The translations under genes and the position numbers were made by a program. This document shows, one piece after another, positions 52,645 through 64,000 of a stretch of DNA of 64,000 bases. Within the stretch, counting starts at the first letter, position 1, and every line of letters starts with the position of its first letter. Source of the DNA: Eledone cirrhosa (lineage: Eukaryota); assembly GCA_964016885.1 (NCBI GenBank), contig CAXHJY010000096.1:2542001-2606000 (forward strand), in the 5' to 3' direction. The notes beneath the pieces are model-generated. The model did not search any database, was not told where the DNA came from, and saw nothing but the letters and a program-made list of their open reading frames with translations.

Positions 52645-55600
52645 AATTCCTAGCCGTCCAAGGGGAGATAAATTCCAGCCTCCAAGGGGAGATACTTTCC
52701 AGCCAGCCAAGGGGAGATAATTTGTAAAAAAAATCAGGGGGAGATAATTTGTAAAAAAAATCAGGGGGAGATAATTTGTAAAAAAAAATCAGGGGGAGAT
52801 AATTTGTAAAAAATAATCAGGGCGAGATAATTTGTAAAAAAAATCAAGGGGAGATAATTTCCAGCCGTCCAAGGGGAGATAATTTTCAGCCGTCCAAGGG
52901 GAGATAATTTCCCGCCAGCCAAGGGAAGATAATATTTAAAAAAATTAGGCGGAGATAATTTGTAAAAAAAATCAGGGGGAGATAATTTGTAAAAAAATCA
53001 GGGGGAGATAATTTGTAAAAAAAATCAGGGGGAGATAATTTGTAAAAAAAATCAGGGGGAGATAATTTGTAAAAAAAAATCAGGGGGAGATAATTTGTAA
53101 AAAAAATCAAGGGGAGATAATTTCCAGCCCTCCAAGGGAAGATAATTTCCAGCCCTCCAAGGGGCTATAATTTCCAGCGTCCAAGGGGAGATAATTTCCA
53201 GCCAGCGAAGGGGAGATAATTTTTTTTAAAAAATCATTGGGAGATTTGTAAAAAAAATCAGGGGGAGATAATTTGTAAAAAAAATCAAGGGGAGATAATT
53301 TCCAGCCGTCCAAGGGGAGGTAATATCTAGCCGTCCAAGGGGAGATAATTTCCAGCCGTCCAAGGGGAGATAATTTCCAGCCGTCCAAGGGTAGATAATA
53401 TCCAGCCGTCCAAGGACATATTTTCCAGCCGTCCAAGGAGAGGTAATTTCTAGCCGTCCAAGGGGAGATAAATTCCAGCCTCCAAGGTGAGATAATTTCC
53501 AGCCAGCCAAGGGGAGATAATTTGTAAAAAAATCAGGGGGAGATAATTTGTAAAAAAAATCAGGGGGAGATAATTTGTAAAAAAAAATCAGGGGGAGATA
53601 ATTTGTAAAAAAAATCAGGGGGAGATAATTTGTAAAAAAAAATCAGGGGGAGATAATTTGTAAAAAAAATCAAGGGGAGATAATTTCCAGCCGTCCAAGG
53701 GGAGATAATTTCCCGCCAGCCAAGGGAAGATAATATTTAAAAAAATCAGGCGGAGATAATTTGTAAAAAAAATCAGGGGGAGATAATTTGTAAAAAAAAA
53801 TCAGGGGTAGATAAATTGTAAAAAAAAATCAGGGGGAGATAATTTGTAAAAAATAATCAGGGCGAGATAATTTGTAAAAAAAATCAAGGGGAGATAATTT
53901 CCAGCCGTCCAAGGGGAGATAATTTTCAGCCGTCCAAGGGGAGATAATTTCCCGCCAGCCAAGGGAAGATAATATTTAAAAAAATTAGGCGGAGATAATT
54001 TGTAAAAAAAATCAGGGGGAGATAATTTGTAAAAAAATCAGGGGGAGATAATTTGTAAAAAAAATCAGGGGGAGATAATTTGTAAAAAAAATCAGGGGGA
54101 GATAATTTGTAAAAAAAAATCAGGGGGAGATAATTTGTAAAAAAAATCAAGGGGAGATAATTTCCAGCCCTCCAAGGGAAGATAATTTCCAGCCCTCCAA
54201 GGGGCTATAATTTCCAGCGTCCAAGGGGAGATAATTTCCAGCCAGCGAAGGGGAGATAATTTTTTTTAAAAAATCATTGGGAGATTTGTAAAAAAAATCA
54301 GGGGGAGATAATTTGTAAAAAAAATCAAGGGGAGATAATTTCCAGCCGTCCAAGGGGAGGTAATATCTAGCCGTCCAAGGGGAGATAATTTCCAGCCGTC
54401 CAAGGGGAGATAATTTCCAGCCGTCCAAGGGTAGATAATATCCAGCCGTCCAAGGACATATTTTCCAGCCGTCCAAGGAGAGGTAATTTCTAGCCGTCCA
54501 AGGGGAGATAAATTCCAGCCTCCAAGGTGAGATAATTTCCAGCCAGCCAAGGGGAGATAATTTGTAAAAAAATCAGGGGGAGATAATTTGTAAAAAAAAT
54601 CAGGGGGAGATAATTTGTAAAAAAAAATCAGGGGGAGATAATTTGTAAAAAAAATCAGGGGGAGATAATTTGTAAAAAAAAATCAGGGGGAGATAATTTG
54701 TAAAAAAAATCAAGGGGAGATAATTTCCAGCCGTCCAAGGGGAGATAATTTCCCGCCAGCCAAGGGAAGATAATATTTAAAAAAATCAGGCGGAGATAAT
54801 TTGTAAAAAAAATCAGGGGGAGATAATTTGTAAAAAAATCAGGGGGAGATAATTTGTAAAAAAAATCAGGGGGAGATAATTTGTAAAAAAAAATCAGGGG
54901 TAGATAAATTGTAAAAAAAAATCAGGGGGAGATAATTTGTAAAAAAAATCAGGGGGAGATAATTTGTAAAAAAAATGAAAGGGGAGATAATATCCAGCCG
55001 TCCAAGGGGAGATAATTTCCAGCCGTCCAAGGGGAGATAATTTCCAGCCGTCCAAGGGGAGATAATTTCCATCCTTCCAAGGGGATATAATTTCCAGCCG
55101 TCCAAGGGGAGATAATTTCCCGCCAGCCAAGGGAAGATAATTTTTAAAAAAATCAGGCGGAGATTGTAAAAAAAATCAGGGGGGAGATAATTTGTAAAAA
55201 AATCAGGGGGAGATAATTTGTAAAAAAAAATCAGGGGGAGATAATTTGTAAAAAATAATCAGGGGGAGATAATTTGTAAAAAAAAATCAAGGGGAGATAA
55301 TTTCCAGCCGTCCAAGGGGAGATAATTTCCCGCCAGCCAAGGGAAGATAATATTTAAAAAAATTAGGCGGAGATAATTTGTAAAAAAAATCAGGGGGAGA
55401 TAATTTGTAAAAAAATCAGGGGGAGATAATTTGTAAAAAAAATCAGGGGGAGATAATTTGTAAAAAAAATCATGGGGAGATAATTTGTAAAAAAAATCAG
55501 GGGTAGATAATTTGTAAAAAAAAATCAGGGGGAGATAATTTGTAAAAAAAAATCAGGGGGAGATAATTTGTAAAAAAAATCAAGGGGAGATAATTTCCAG

Positions 55601-58600
55601 CCGTCCAAGGGGAGATAATTTTCAGCTGTCCAAGGAGAGGTAATTTCTAGCCGTCCAAGGGGAGATAATTTCCAGCCGTCCAAGGGGAGGTAATTTCCAG
55701 CCGTCCAAGGGGAGATAATTTTAAAAAAAAAATCAGGCGGAGATAATTTGTAAAAAAAATCAAGGGGAGATAATTTGCAGCCGTCCAAGGGAAGATAATT
55801 TTCAGTCGTCCAAGGAGAGGTAATTTCTAGCCGTCCAAGGGGAGATAATTGCCAGCCGTCCAAGGGGAGATAATTTCCAGCCGTCCAAGGGGAGATAATT
55901 TTTTTTAAAAAATCAGGCGGAGATAATTTGTAAAAAAAATCAGGGGGAGATAATTTGTAAACAAAATCAGGGGGAGATAATTTGTAAAAAAAATCAGGGG
56001 GAGATAATTTGTAAAAAAAATCATGGGGAGATAATTTGTAAAAAAAAATCAGGGGTAGATAATTTGTAAAAAAAAATCAGGGGGAGATAATTTGTAAAAA
56101 AAAATCAGGGGGAGATAATTTGTAAAAAAAATCAAGGGGAGATAATATCCAGCCGTCCAAGGAGAGATAATTTAAAAAAAAAATGAGGCGGAGATAATTT
56201 GTAAAAAAAAAATCAGGGGGAGTTAATTTGTAAAAAAAAATGAGGGGGAGATAATTTGTAAAAAAAATCAAGGGGAGATAATTTCCAGCCGTCCAAGGGG
56301 AGATAATTTTCAGCCGTCCAAGGAGAGGTAATTTCTAGCCGTCCAAGGGGAGATAATTTCCAGCCGTCCAAGGGGAGGTAATTTCCAGCCGTCCAAGGGG
56401 AGATAAATTAAAAAAAAAATCAGGCGGAGATAATTTGTAAAAAAAATCAAGGGGAGATAATTTGCAGCCGTCCAATGGGAGATAATTTTCAGTCGTCCAA
56501 GGAGAGGTAATTTCTAGCCGTCCAAGGGGAGATAATTTCCAGCCGTCCAAGGGGAGATAATTTCCAGCCGTCCAAGGGGAGATAATTTTTTTTTAAAAAT
56601 CAGGCGGAGATAATTTGTAAAAAAAATCAGGGGGAGATAATTTGTAAACAAAATCAGGGGGAGATAATTTGTAAAAAAAAATCAGGGGGAGATAATTTGT
56701 AAAAAAAATTAGGCGTAGATAATTTGTAAAAAAAAATCAGGGGGAGATAATTTGTAAAAAAAATCAGGGGGAGATAATTTGTTTAAAAAATCAAGGGGAG
56801 ATAATTTGCAGCCGTCCAAGGGGAGATAATTTTCAGCCGTCCAAGGAGAGGTAATTTCTAGCCGTTCAAGGGGAGATAAATTCCAGCCGTCCAAGGGGAG
56901 ATAATTTCCAGCCGTCCAAGGGGAGATAATTTTTTTTAAAAAATCAGGCGGAGATAATTTGTAAAAAAAAATCAGGGGGAGATAATTCGTAAAAAAAAAT
57001 CAGGGGGAGATAATTTGTAAAAAAAAATCAGGGGGAGATAATTTGTAAAAAAAATCAAGGGGAGATAATTTCCAGCCGTCCAAGGGGAGGTAATATCTAG
57101 CCGTCCAAGGGGAGATAATTTCCAGCCGTCCAAGGGGAGATAATTTCCAGCCGTCCAAGGGGAGATAATTTCCAGCCGTCCAAGGAGACATATTTTCCAG
57201 CCGTCCAAGGCGAGGTAATTTCTAGCCGTCCAAGGGGAGATAAATTCCAGCCTCCAAGGGGAGATAATTTCCAGCCAGCCAAGGGGAGATAATTTGTAAA
57301 AAAATCAGGGGGAGATAATTTGTAAAAAATATCAGGGAGATAATTTGTAAAAAAAAATCAGGGGGAGATAATTTGTAAAAAAAATCAGGGGGAGATAATT
57401 TGTAAAAAAAAATCAGGGGGAGATAATTTGTAAAAAAAATCAAGGGGAGATAATTTCCAGCCGTCCAAGGGGAGATAATTTTCAGCCGTCCAAGGAGAGG
57501 TAATTTCTAGCCGTCCGAGGAGAGATAATTTCCAGCCGTCCAAGGGGAGATAATTTCCAGCCGTCCAAGGGGAGATAATATCCAGCCGTCCAAGGACATA
57601 TTTTCCAGCCGTCCAAGGAGAGGTAATTTCTAGCCGTCCAAGGGGAGATAATTTCCAGCCAGCCAAGGGGAGATAATTTGTAAAAAAATCAGGGGGAGAT
57701 AATTTGCAAAAAAAATCAGGGGGAGATAATTTGTAAAAAAATCAGGGGGAGATAATTTGTAAAAAATAATCAGGGGGAGATAATTTCCAGCCGTCGAAGG
57801 GGAGATAATTTAAAAAAAAATCAGGCGGAGATAATTTGTAAAAAAAAATCAGGGGGAGATAATTTGTAAAAAAAAATCAGGGGGAGATAATTTGTAAAAT
57901 AAATCAAGGGGAGATAATTTCCAGCCGTCCAAGGGGAGATAATTTTCAGCCGTCCAAGGGGAGATAATTTCCCGCCAGCCAAGGGAAGATAATATTTAAA
58001 AAAATCAGGCGGAGATAATTTGTAAAAAAAATCAGGGGGAGATAATTTGTAAAAAAATCAGGGGGAGATAATTTGTAAAAAAAAATCAGGGGGCGATAAT
58101 TTGTAAAAAAAATCAGGGGGAGATAATTTGTAAAAAAAAATCAGGGGGAGATAATTTGTAAAAAAAAATCAGGGGGAGATAATTTGTAAAAAAAATGAAA
58201 GGGGAGATAATATCCAGCCGTCCAAGGGGAGATAATTTCCAGCCGTCCAAGGGGAGATAATTTCCAGCCGTCCAAGGGGAGATAATTTCCATCCTTCCAA
58301 GGGGATATAATTTCCAGCCGTCCAAGGGGAGATAATTTCCATCCTTCCAAGGGGATATAATTTCCAGCCGTCCAAGGGGAGATAATTTTCAGCCGTCCAA
58401 GGAGAGGTAATTTCTAGCCGTCCAAGGAGAGATAATTTCCAGCCGTCCAAGGGGAGATAATTTCCAGCCGTCCAAGGGGAGATAATTTCCAGCCGTCCAA
58501 GGAGACATATTTTCCAGCCGTCCAAGGAGAGGTAATTCCTAGCCGTCCAAGGGGAGATAAATTCCAGCCTCCAAGGGGAGATAATTTCCAGCCAGCCAAG

Positions 58601-61600
58601 GGGAGATCATTTGTAAAAAAAATCAGGGGGAGATAATTTGTAAAAAAAATCAGGGGGAGATAATTTGTAAAAAAAAATCAGAGGGAGATAATTTGTAAAA
58701 AATAATCAGGGGGAGATAATTTGTAAAAAAAATCAAGGGGAGATAATTTCCAGCCGTCCAAGGGGAGATAATTTTCAGCCGTCCAAGGGGAGATAATTTC
58801 CCGCCAGCCAAGGGAAGATAATATTTAAAAAAATTAGGCGGAGATAATTTGTAAAAAAAATCAGGGGGAGATAATTTGTAAAAAAATCAGGGGGAGATAA
58901 TTTGTAAAAAAAATCAGGGGGAGATAATTTGTAAAAAAAAATCAGGGGTAGATAATTTGTAAAAAAAAATCAGGGGGAGATAATTTGTAAAAAAAATCAG
59001 GGGGAGATAATTTGTAAAAAAAATCAGGGGGAGATAATTTGTAAAAAAAAATCAGGGGTAGATAATTTGTAAAAAAAAATCAGGGGGAGATAATTTGTAA
59101 AAAAAATCAAGGGGAGATAATTTCCAGCCGTCCAAGGGAAGATAATTTCCAGCCCTCCAAGGGGCTATAATTTCCAGCGTCCAAGGGGAGATAATTTCCA
59201 GCCAGCGAAGGGGAGATAATTTTTTTTTCAAAATCATTGGGAGATTTGTAAAAAAAATCAGGGGGAGATAATTTGTAAAAAAAATCAAGGGGAGATAATT
59301 TCCAGCCGTCCAAGGGGAGGTAATATCTAGCCGTCCAAGGGGAGATAATTTCCAGCCGTCCAAGGGTAGATAATATCCAGCCGTCCAAGGACATATTTTC
59401 CAGCCGTCCAAGGAGAGGTAATTTCTAGCCGTCCAAGGGGAGATAAATTCCAGCCTCCAAGGGGAGATAATTTCCAGCCAGCCAAGGGGAGATAATTTGT
59501 AAAAAAATCAGGGGGAGATAATTTGTAAAAAAAATCAGGGGGAGATAATTTGTAAAAAAAAATCAGGGGGAGATAATTTGTAAAAAAAAATCAGGGGGAG
59601 ATAATTTGTAAAAAAAATCAGGGGGAGATAATTTGTAAAAAAAATCAAGGGGAGATCATTTCCAGCCGTCCAAGGGAGATAATTTTCAGCCGTCCAAGGG
59701 GAGATAATTTCCCGCCAGCCAAGGGAAGATAATATTTAAAAAAATCAGGCGGAGATAATTTGTAAAAAAAATCAGGGGGAGATAATTTGTAAAAAAATCA
59801 GGGGGAGATAATTTGTAAAAGAAAAATCAGGGGGAGATAATTTGTAAAAAAAATCAGGGGGAGATAATTTGTAAAAAAAAATCAGGGGTAGATAATTTGT
59901 AAAAAAAAATCAGGGGGAGATAATTTGTAAAAAAAATCAGAGGGAGATAATTTGTAAAAAAAATGAAAGGGGAGATAATATCCAGCCGTCCAAGGGGAGA
60001 TAATTTCCAGCCGTCCAAGGGGAGATAATTTCCAGCCGTCCAAGGGGAGATAATTTCCATCCTTCCAAGGGGATATAATTTCCAGCCGTCCAAGGGGAGA
60101 TAATTTCCCGCCAGCCAAGGTAAGATAATTTTTAAAAAAATCAGGCGGAGATTGTAAAAAAAATCAGAGGGGAGATAATTTGTAAAAAAATCAGGGGGAG
60201 ATAATTTGTAAAAAAAAATCAGGGGGAGATAATTTGTAAAAAATAATCAGGGGGAGATAATTTGTAAAAAAAAATCAAGGGGAGATAATTTCCAGCCGTC
60301 CAAGGGGAGATAATTTCCCGCCAGCCAAGGGAAGATAATATTTAAAAAAATTAGGCGGAGATAATTTGTAAAAAAAATCAGGGGGAGATAATTTGTAAAA
60401 AAATCAGGGGGAGATAATTTGTAAAAAAAATCAGGGGGAGATAATTTGTAAAAAAAATCATGGGGAGATAATTTGTAAAAAAAAATCAGGGGTAGATAAT
60501 TTGTAAAAAAAAATCAGGGGGAGATAATTTGTAAAAAAAAATCAGGGGGAGATAATTTGTAAAAAAAATCAAGGGGAGATAATTTCCAGCCGTCCAAGGG
60601 GAGATAATTTTCAGCCGTCCAAGAAGAGGTAATTTCTAGCCGTCCAAGGGGAGATAATTTCCAGCCGTCCAAGGGGAGGTAATTTCCAGCCGTCCAAGGG
60701 GAGATAATTTTAAAAAAAAAATCAGGCGGAGATAATTTGTAAAAAAAATCAAGGGGAGATACTTTGCAGCCGTCCAAGGGGAGATAATTTTCAGTCGTCC
60801 AAGGAGAGGTAATTTCTAGCCGTCCAAGGGGAGATAATTTCCAGCCGTCCAAGGGGAGATAATTTCCAGCCGTCCAAGGGGAGATAATTTTTTTTAAAAA
60901 TCAGGCGGAGATAATTTGTAAAAAAAATCAGGGGGAGATAATTTGTAAACAAAATCAGGGGGAGATAATTTGTAAAAAAAAATCAGGGGGAGATAATTTG
61001 TAAAAAAAATCAAGGAGAGATAATTTCCAGCCGTCCAAGGGAAGATAATTTCCAGCCGTCCAAGGAGACATATTTTCCAGCCGTCCAAGGCGAGGTAATT
61101 TCTAGCCGTCCAAGGGGAGATAAATTCCAGCCTCCAAGGGGAGATAATTTCCAGCCAGCCAAGGGGAGATAATTTGTAAAAAAATCAGGGGGAGATAATT
61201 TGTAAAAAATATCAGGGAGATAATTTGTAAAAAAAAATCAGGGGGAGATAATTTGTAAAAAAAATCAGGGGGAGATAATTTGTAAAAAAAAATCAGGGGG
61301 AGATAATTTGTAAAAAAAATCAAGGGGAGATAATTTCCAGCCGTCCAAGGGGAGATAATTTTCAGCCGTCCAAGGAGAGGTAATTTCTAGCCGTCCGAGG
61401 AGAGATAATTTCCAGCCGTCCAAGGGGAGATAATTTCCAGCCGTCCAAGGGGAGATAATTTCCAGCCGTCCAAGGGGAGATAAATTCCAGCCTCCAAGGG
61501 GAGATAATTTCCAGCCAGCCAAGGGGAAATAATTTGTAAAAAAATCAGGGGGAGATAATTTGCAAAAAAAATCAGGGGGAGATAATTTGTAAAAAAAATC

Positions 61601-63092
61601 AGGGGGAGATAATTTGTAAAAAATAATCAGGGGGAGATAATTTCCAGCCGTCCAAGGGGAGATAATTTAAAAAAAAATCAGGCGGAGATAATTTGTAAAA
61701 AAAAATCAGGGGGAGATAATTTGTAAAAAAAAATCAGGGGGAGATAATTTGTAAAAAAAATCAAGGGGAGATAATTTCCAGCCGTCCAAGGGGAGATAAT
61801 TTTCAGCCGTCCAAGGGGAGATAATTTCCCGCCAGCCAAGGGAAGATAATATTTAAAAAAATCAGGGGGAGATAATTTGTAAAAAAAATCAGGGGGAGAT
61901 AATTTGTAAAAAAAAATCAGGGGGAGATAATTTGTAAAAAAAAATCAGGGTGAGATAATTTGCAAAAAAAATCAGGGGGAGATAATTTGTAAAAAAAAAT
62001 CAGGGGTAGATAATTTGTAAAAAAAAATCAGGGGGAGATAATTTGTAAAAAAAAATCAGGGGGAGATAATTTGTAAAAAAAATCAAGGGGAGATAATTTC
62101 CAGCCGTCCAAGGAGAGATAATTTAAAAAAAAATCAGGCGGAGATAATTTGTAAAAAAAAATCAGGGGGAGATAATTTGTAAAAAAAATCAGGGGGAGAT
62201 AATTTGTAAAAAAAAATCAGGGGTAGATAATTTGTAAAAAAAAATCAGGGGGAGATAATTTGTAAAAAAAAATCAGGAGGAGATAATTTGTAAAAAAAAT
62301 CAAGGGGAGATAATTTCCAGCCGTCCAAGGAGAGATAATTTTAAAAAAAATCAGGCGGAGATAATTTGTAAAAAAAAATCAGGGGGAGATAATTTGTAAA
62401 AAAAAATCAGGGGGAGATAATTTGTAAAAAAAATCAAGGGGAGATAATTTCCAGCCGTCCAAGGGGAGATAATTTTCAGCCGTCCAAGGGGAGATAATTT
62501 CCCGCCAGCCAAGGGAAGATAATATTCAAAAAAATCAGGCGGAGATAATTTGTAAAAAAAATCAGGGGGAGATAATTTGTAAAAAAATCAGGGGGAGATA
62601 ATTTGTAAAAAAAAAAATCAGGGGGAGATAATTTGTAAAAAAAATCAGGGGGAGATAATTTGTAAAAAAAAATCAGGGGTAGATAATTTGTAAAAAAAAA
62701 TCAGGGGGAGATAATTTGTAAAAAAAATCAGGGGGAGATAATTTGTAAAAAAAATGAAAGGGGAGATAATATCCAGCCGTCCAAGGGGAGATAATTTCCA
62801 GCCGTCCAAGGGGAGATAATTTCCAGCCGTCCAAGGGGAGATAATTTCCATCCTTCCAAGGGGATATAATTTCCAGCCGTCCAAGGGGAGATAATTTCCA
62901 TCCTTCCAAGGGGATATAATTTCCAGCCGTCCAAGGGGAGATAATTTTCAGCCGTCCAAGGAGAGGTAATTTCTAGCCGTCCAAGGAGAGATAATTTCCA
63001 GCCGTCCAAGGGGAGATAATTTCCAGCCGTCCAAGGGGAGATAATTTCCAGCCGTCCAAGGAGACATATTTTCCAGCCGTCCAAGGAGAGGT
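52645..63092. repeat. Irregular HOR intervals of 5889 and 4559 bp
   Basis: Marker AATTCCTAG at 52645, 58534 and 63093. The same modules appear in altered order, with more private substitutions. Confidence 0.7.
52790..54850. repeat. Near-perfect tandem duplication of 1040 bp (boundaries approximate)
   Basis: Private variants GGCGAGATAA at 52821/53861 and TTTCCAGCCCTCCAAGGGAA at 53121/54161. ORFs 52886/53926, 53107/54147 and 53226/54266 are offset by 1040. Confidence 0.92.
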
Positions 63093-64000
63093 AATTCCTA
63101 GCCGTCCAAGGGGAGATAAATTCCAGCCTCCAAGGGGAGATAATTTGTAAAAAAAATCAGGGGGAGATAATTTGTAAAAAAAATCAGGGGGAGATAATTT
63201 GTAAAAAAAATCAGGGGGAGATAATTTGTAAAAAAAAATCAGGGGTAGATAATTTGTAAAAAATAATCAGGGGGAGATAATTTGTAAAAAAAATCAAGGG
63301 GAGATAATTTCCAGCCGTCCAAGGGGAGATAATTTTCAGCCGTCCAAGGGGAGATAATTTCCCGCCAGCCAAGGGAAGATAATATTTAAAAAAATTAGGC
63401 GGAGATAATTTGTAAAAAAAATCAGGGGGAGATAATTTGTAAAAAAATCAGGGGGAGATAATTTGTAAAAAAAATCAGGGGGAGATAATTTGTAAAAAAA
63501 ATCAGGGGGAGATAATTTGTAAAAAAAAATCAGGGGGAGATAATTTGTAAAAAAAATCAAGGGGAGATAATTTCCAGCCGTCCAAGGGAAGATAATTTCC
63601 AGCCCTCCAAGGGGCTATAATTTCCAGCGTCCAAGGGGAGATAATTTCCAGCCAGCGAAGGGGAGATAATTTTTTTTAAAAAATCATTGGGAGATTTGTA
63701 AAAAAAATCAGGGGGAGATAATTTGTAAAAAAAATCAAGGGGAGATAATTTCCAGCCGTCCAAGGGGAGGTAATATCTAGCCGTCCAAGGGGAGATAATT
63801 TCCAGCCGTCCAAGGGGAGATAATTTCCAGCCGTCCAAGGGTAGATAATATCCAGCCGTCCAAGGACATATTTTCCAGCCGTCCAAGGAGAGGTAATTTC
63901 TAGCCGTCCAAGGGGAGATAAATTCCAGCCTCCAAGGTGAGATAATTTCCAGCCAGCCAAGGGGAGATAATTTGTAAAAAAATCAGGGGGAGATAATTTG

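Larger units (their letters stand above)
1..64000. repeat. Tandem satellite DNA array of two related ~25-30 bp monomers (A and B) sharing core GGGGAGATAATTT; runs off both window ends
   Basis: The core GGGGAGATAATTT or a close variant recurs every ~23-30 bp from the first line to the last, always in the same orientation. No non-repeat sequence seen. Confidence 0.99.

Noticed and set aside
151-63960. Numerous minus-strand ORFs of 61-191 aa (LSPLGRLEIISPWTAGNYLPLDGWK / FFYKLSPPD repeats)
   Set aside because: The reverse complement of monomer A has no stop codon in any frame, and monomer B has only one TGA. The + strand has TAA in every core, which explains the all-minus bias. Starts are mostly TTG, ORFs overlap in several frames, and they open or close with A-tract length changes. 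There is no evidence of coding selection.
1-64000. CRISPR-like layout (constant repeat plus variable intervening segment)
   Set aside because: The intervening segments are only 10-15 bp and of two recurring types, not unique spacers. There is no leader and no cas gene.
1-64000. Long-unit telomeric repeat (cf. 23-25 bp budding-yeast telomere units)
   Set aside because: There is no resemblance to the TG-rich telomere motifs I know. Multi-kb HORs with inherited point variants indicate recombinational amplification, not telomerase templating. A subtelomeric location cannot be excluded.
1-64000. Canonical G-quadruplex array from G4-G6 runs
   Set aside because: Loops between G runs are ~20-24 nt, far beyond the canonical 1-7 nt. 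Stable intramolecular G4 is not supported without experiment.
1-64000. Plasmid or viral iteron origin, or synthetic data-encoding DNA
   Set aside because: There is no rep gene or unique flank, and the array is far larger than iteron clusters. Nested duplications with shared point mutations look like natural satellite evolution.
1-64000. Whole array as a sequencing or assembly artefact
   Set aside because: Consistent diagnostic variants and conserved homopolymer lengths across imperfect copies argue for real sequence. Copy number of individual duplications still needs read support.

Overview
The whole 64 kb window is one uninterrupted, single-orientation tandem satellite array of roughly 2,400 monomers (64,000 bp / ~26 bp). 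I see no genes, RNA genes, transposons, CRISPR spacers or unique sequence. Two related monomers share the core GGGGAGATAATTT. Type A is AAGGGGAGATAATTTCCAGCCGTCC (25 bp, GC-rich tail with a CpG). Type B is AGGGGGAGATAATTTGT(A)7-11TC (26-30 bp, A-tract tail). They occur in alternating blocks of about 25-500 bp, joined by stereotyped bridge variants. Diagnostic variants show nested higher-order repeats (HORs): 50 bp and ~0.22 kb duplications, ~1 kb modules, alternating ~8.0/7.0 kb units forming a ~14.95 kb tandem duplication (~7-37 kb), a second lineage with 6.11 kb and 1.04 kb duplications (~37-57 kb), and a more diverged zone (~57.4-62 kb). All predicted ORFs lie on the minus strand and are best explained as artefacts of the repeat. 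The most likely identity (inference) is a eukaryotic centromeric, pericentromeric or subtelomeric satellite; I do not recognise the family or organism. Any novelty lies in the architecture, not in a protein-coding system.
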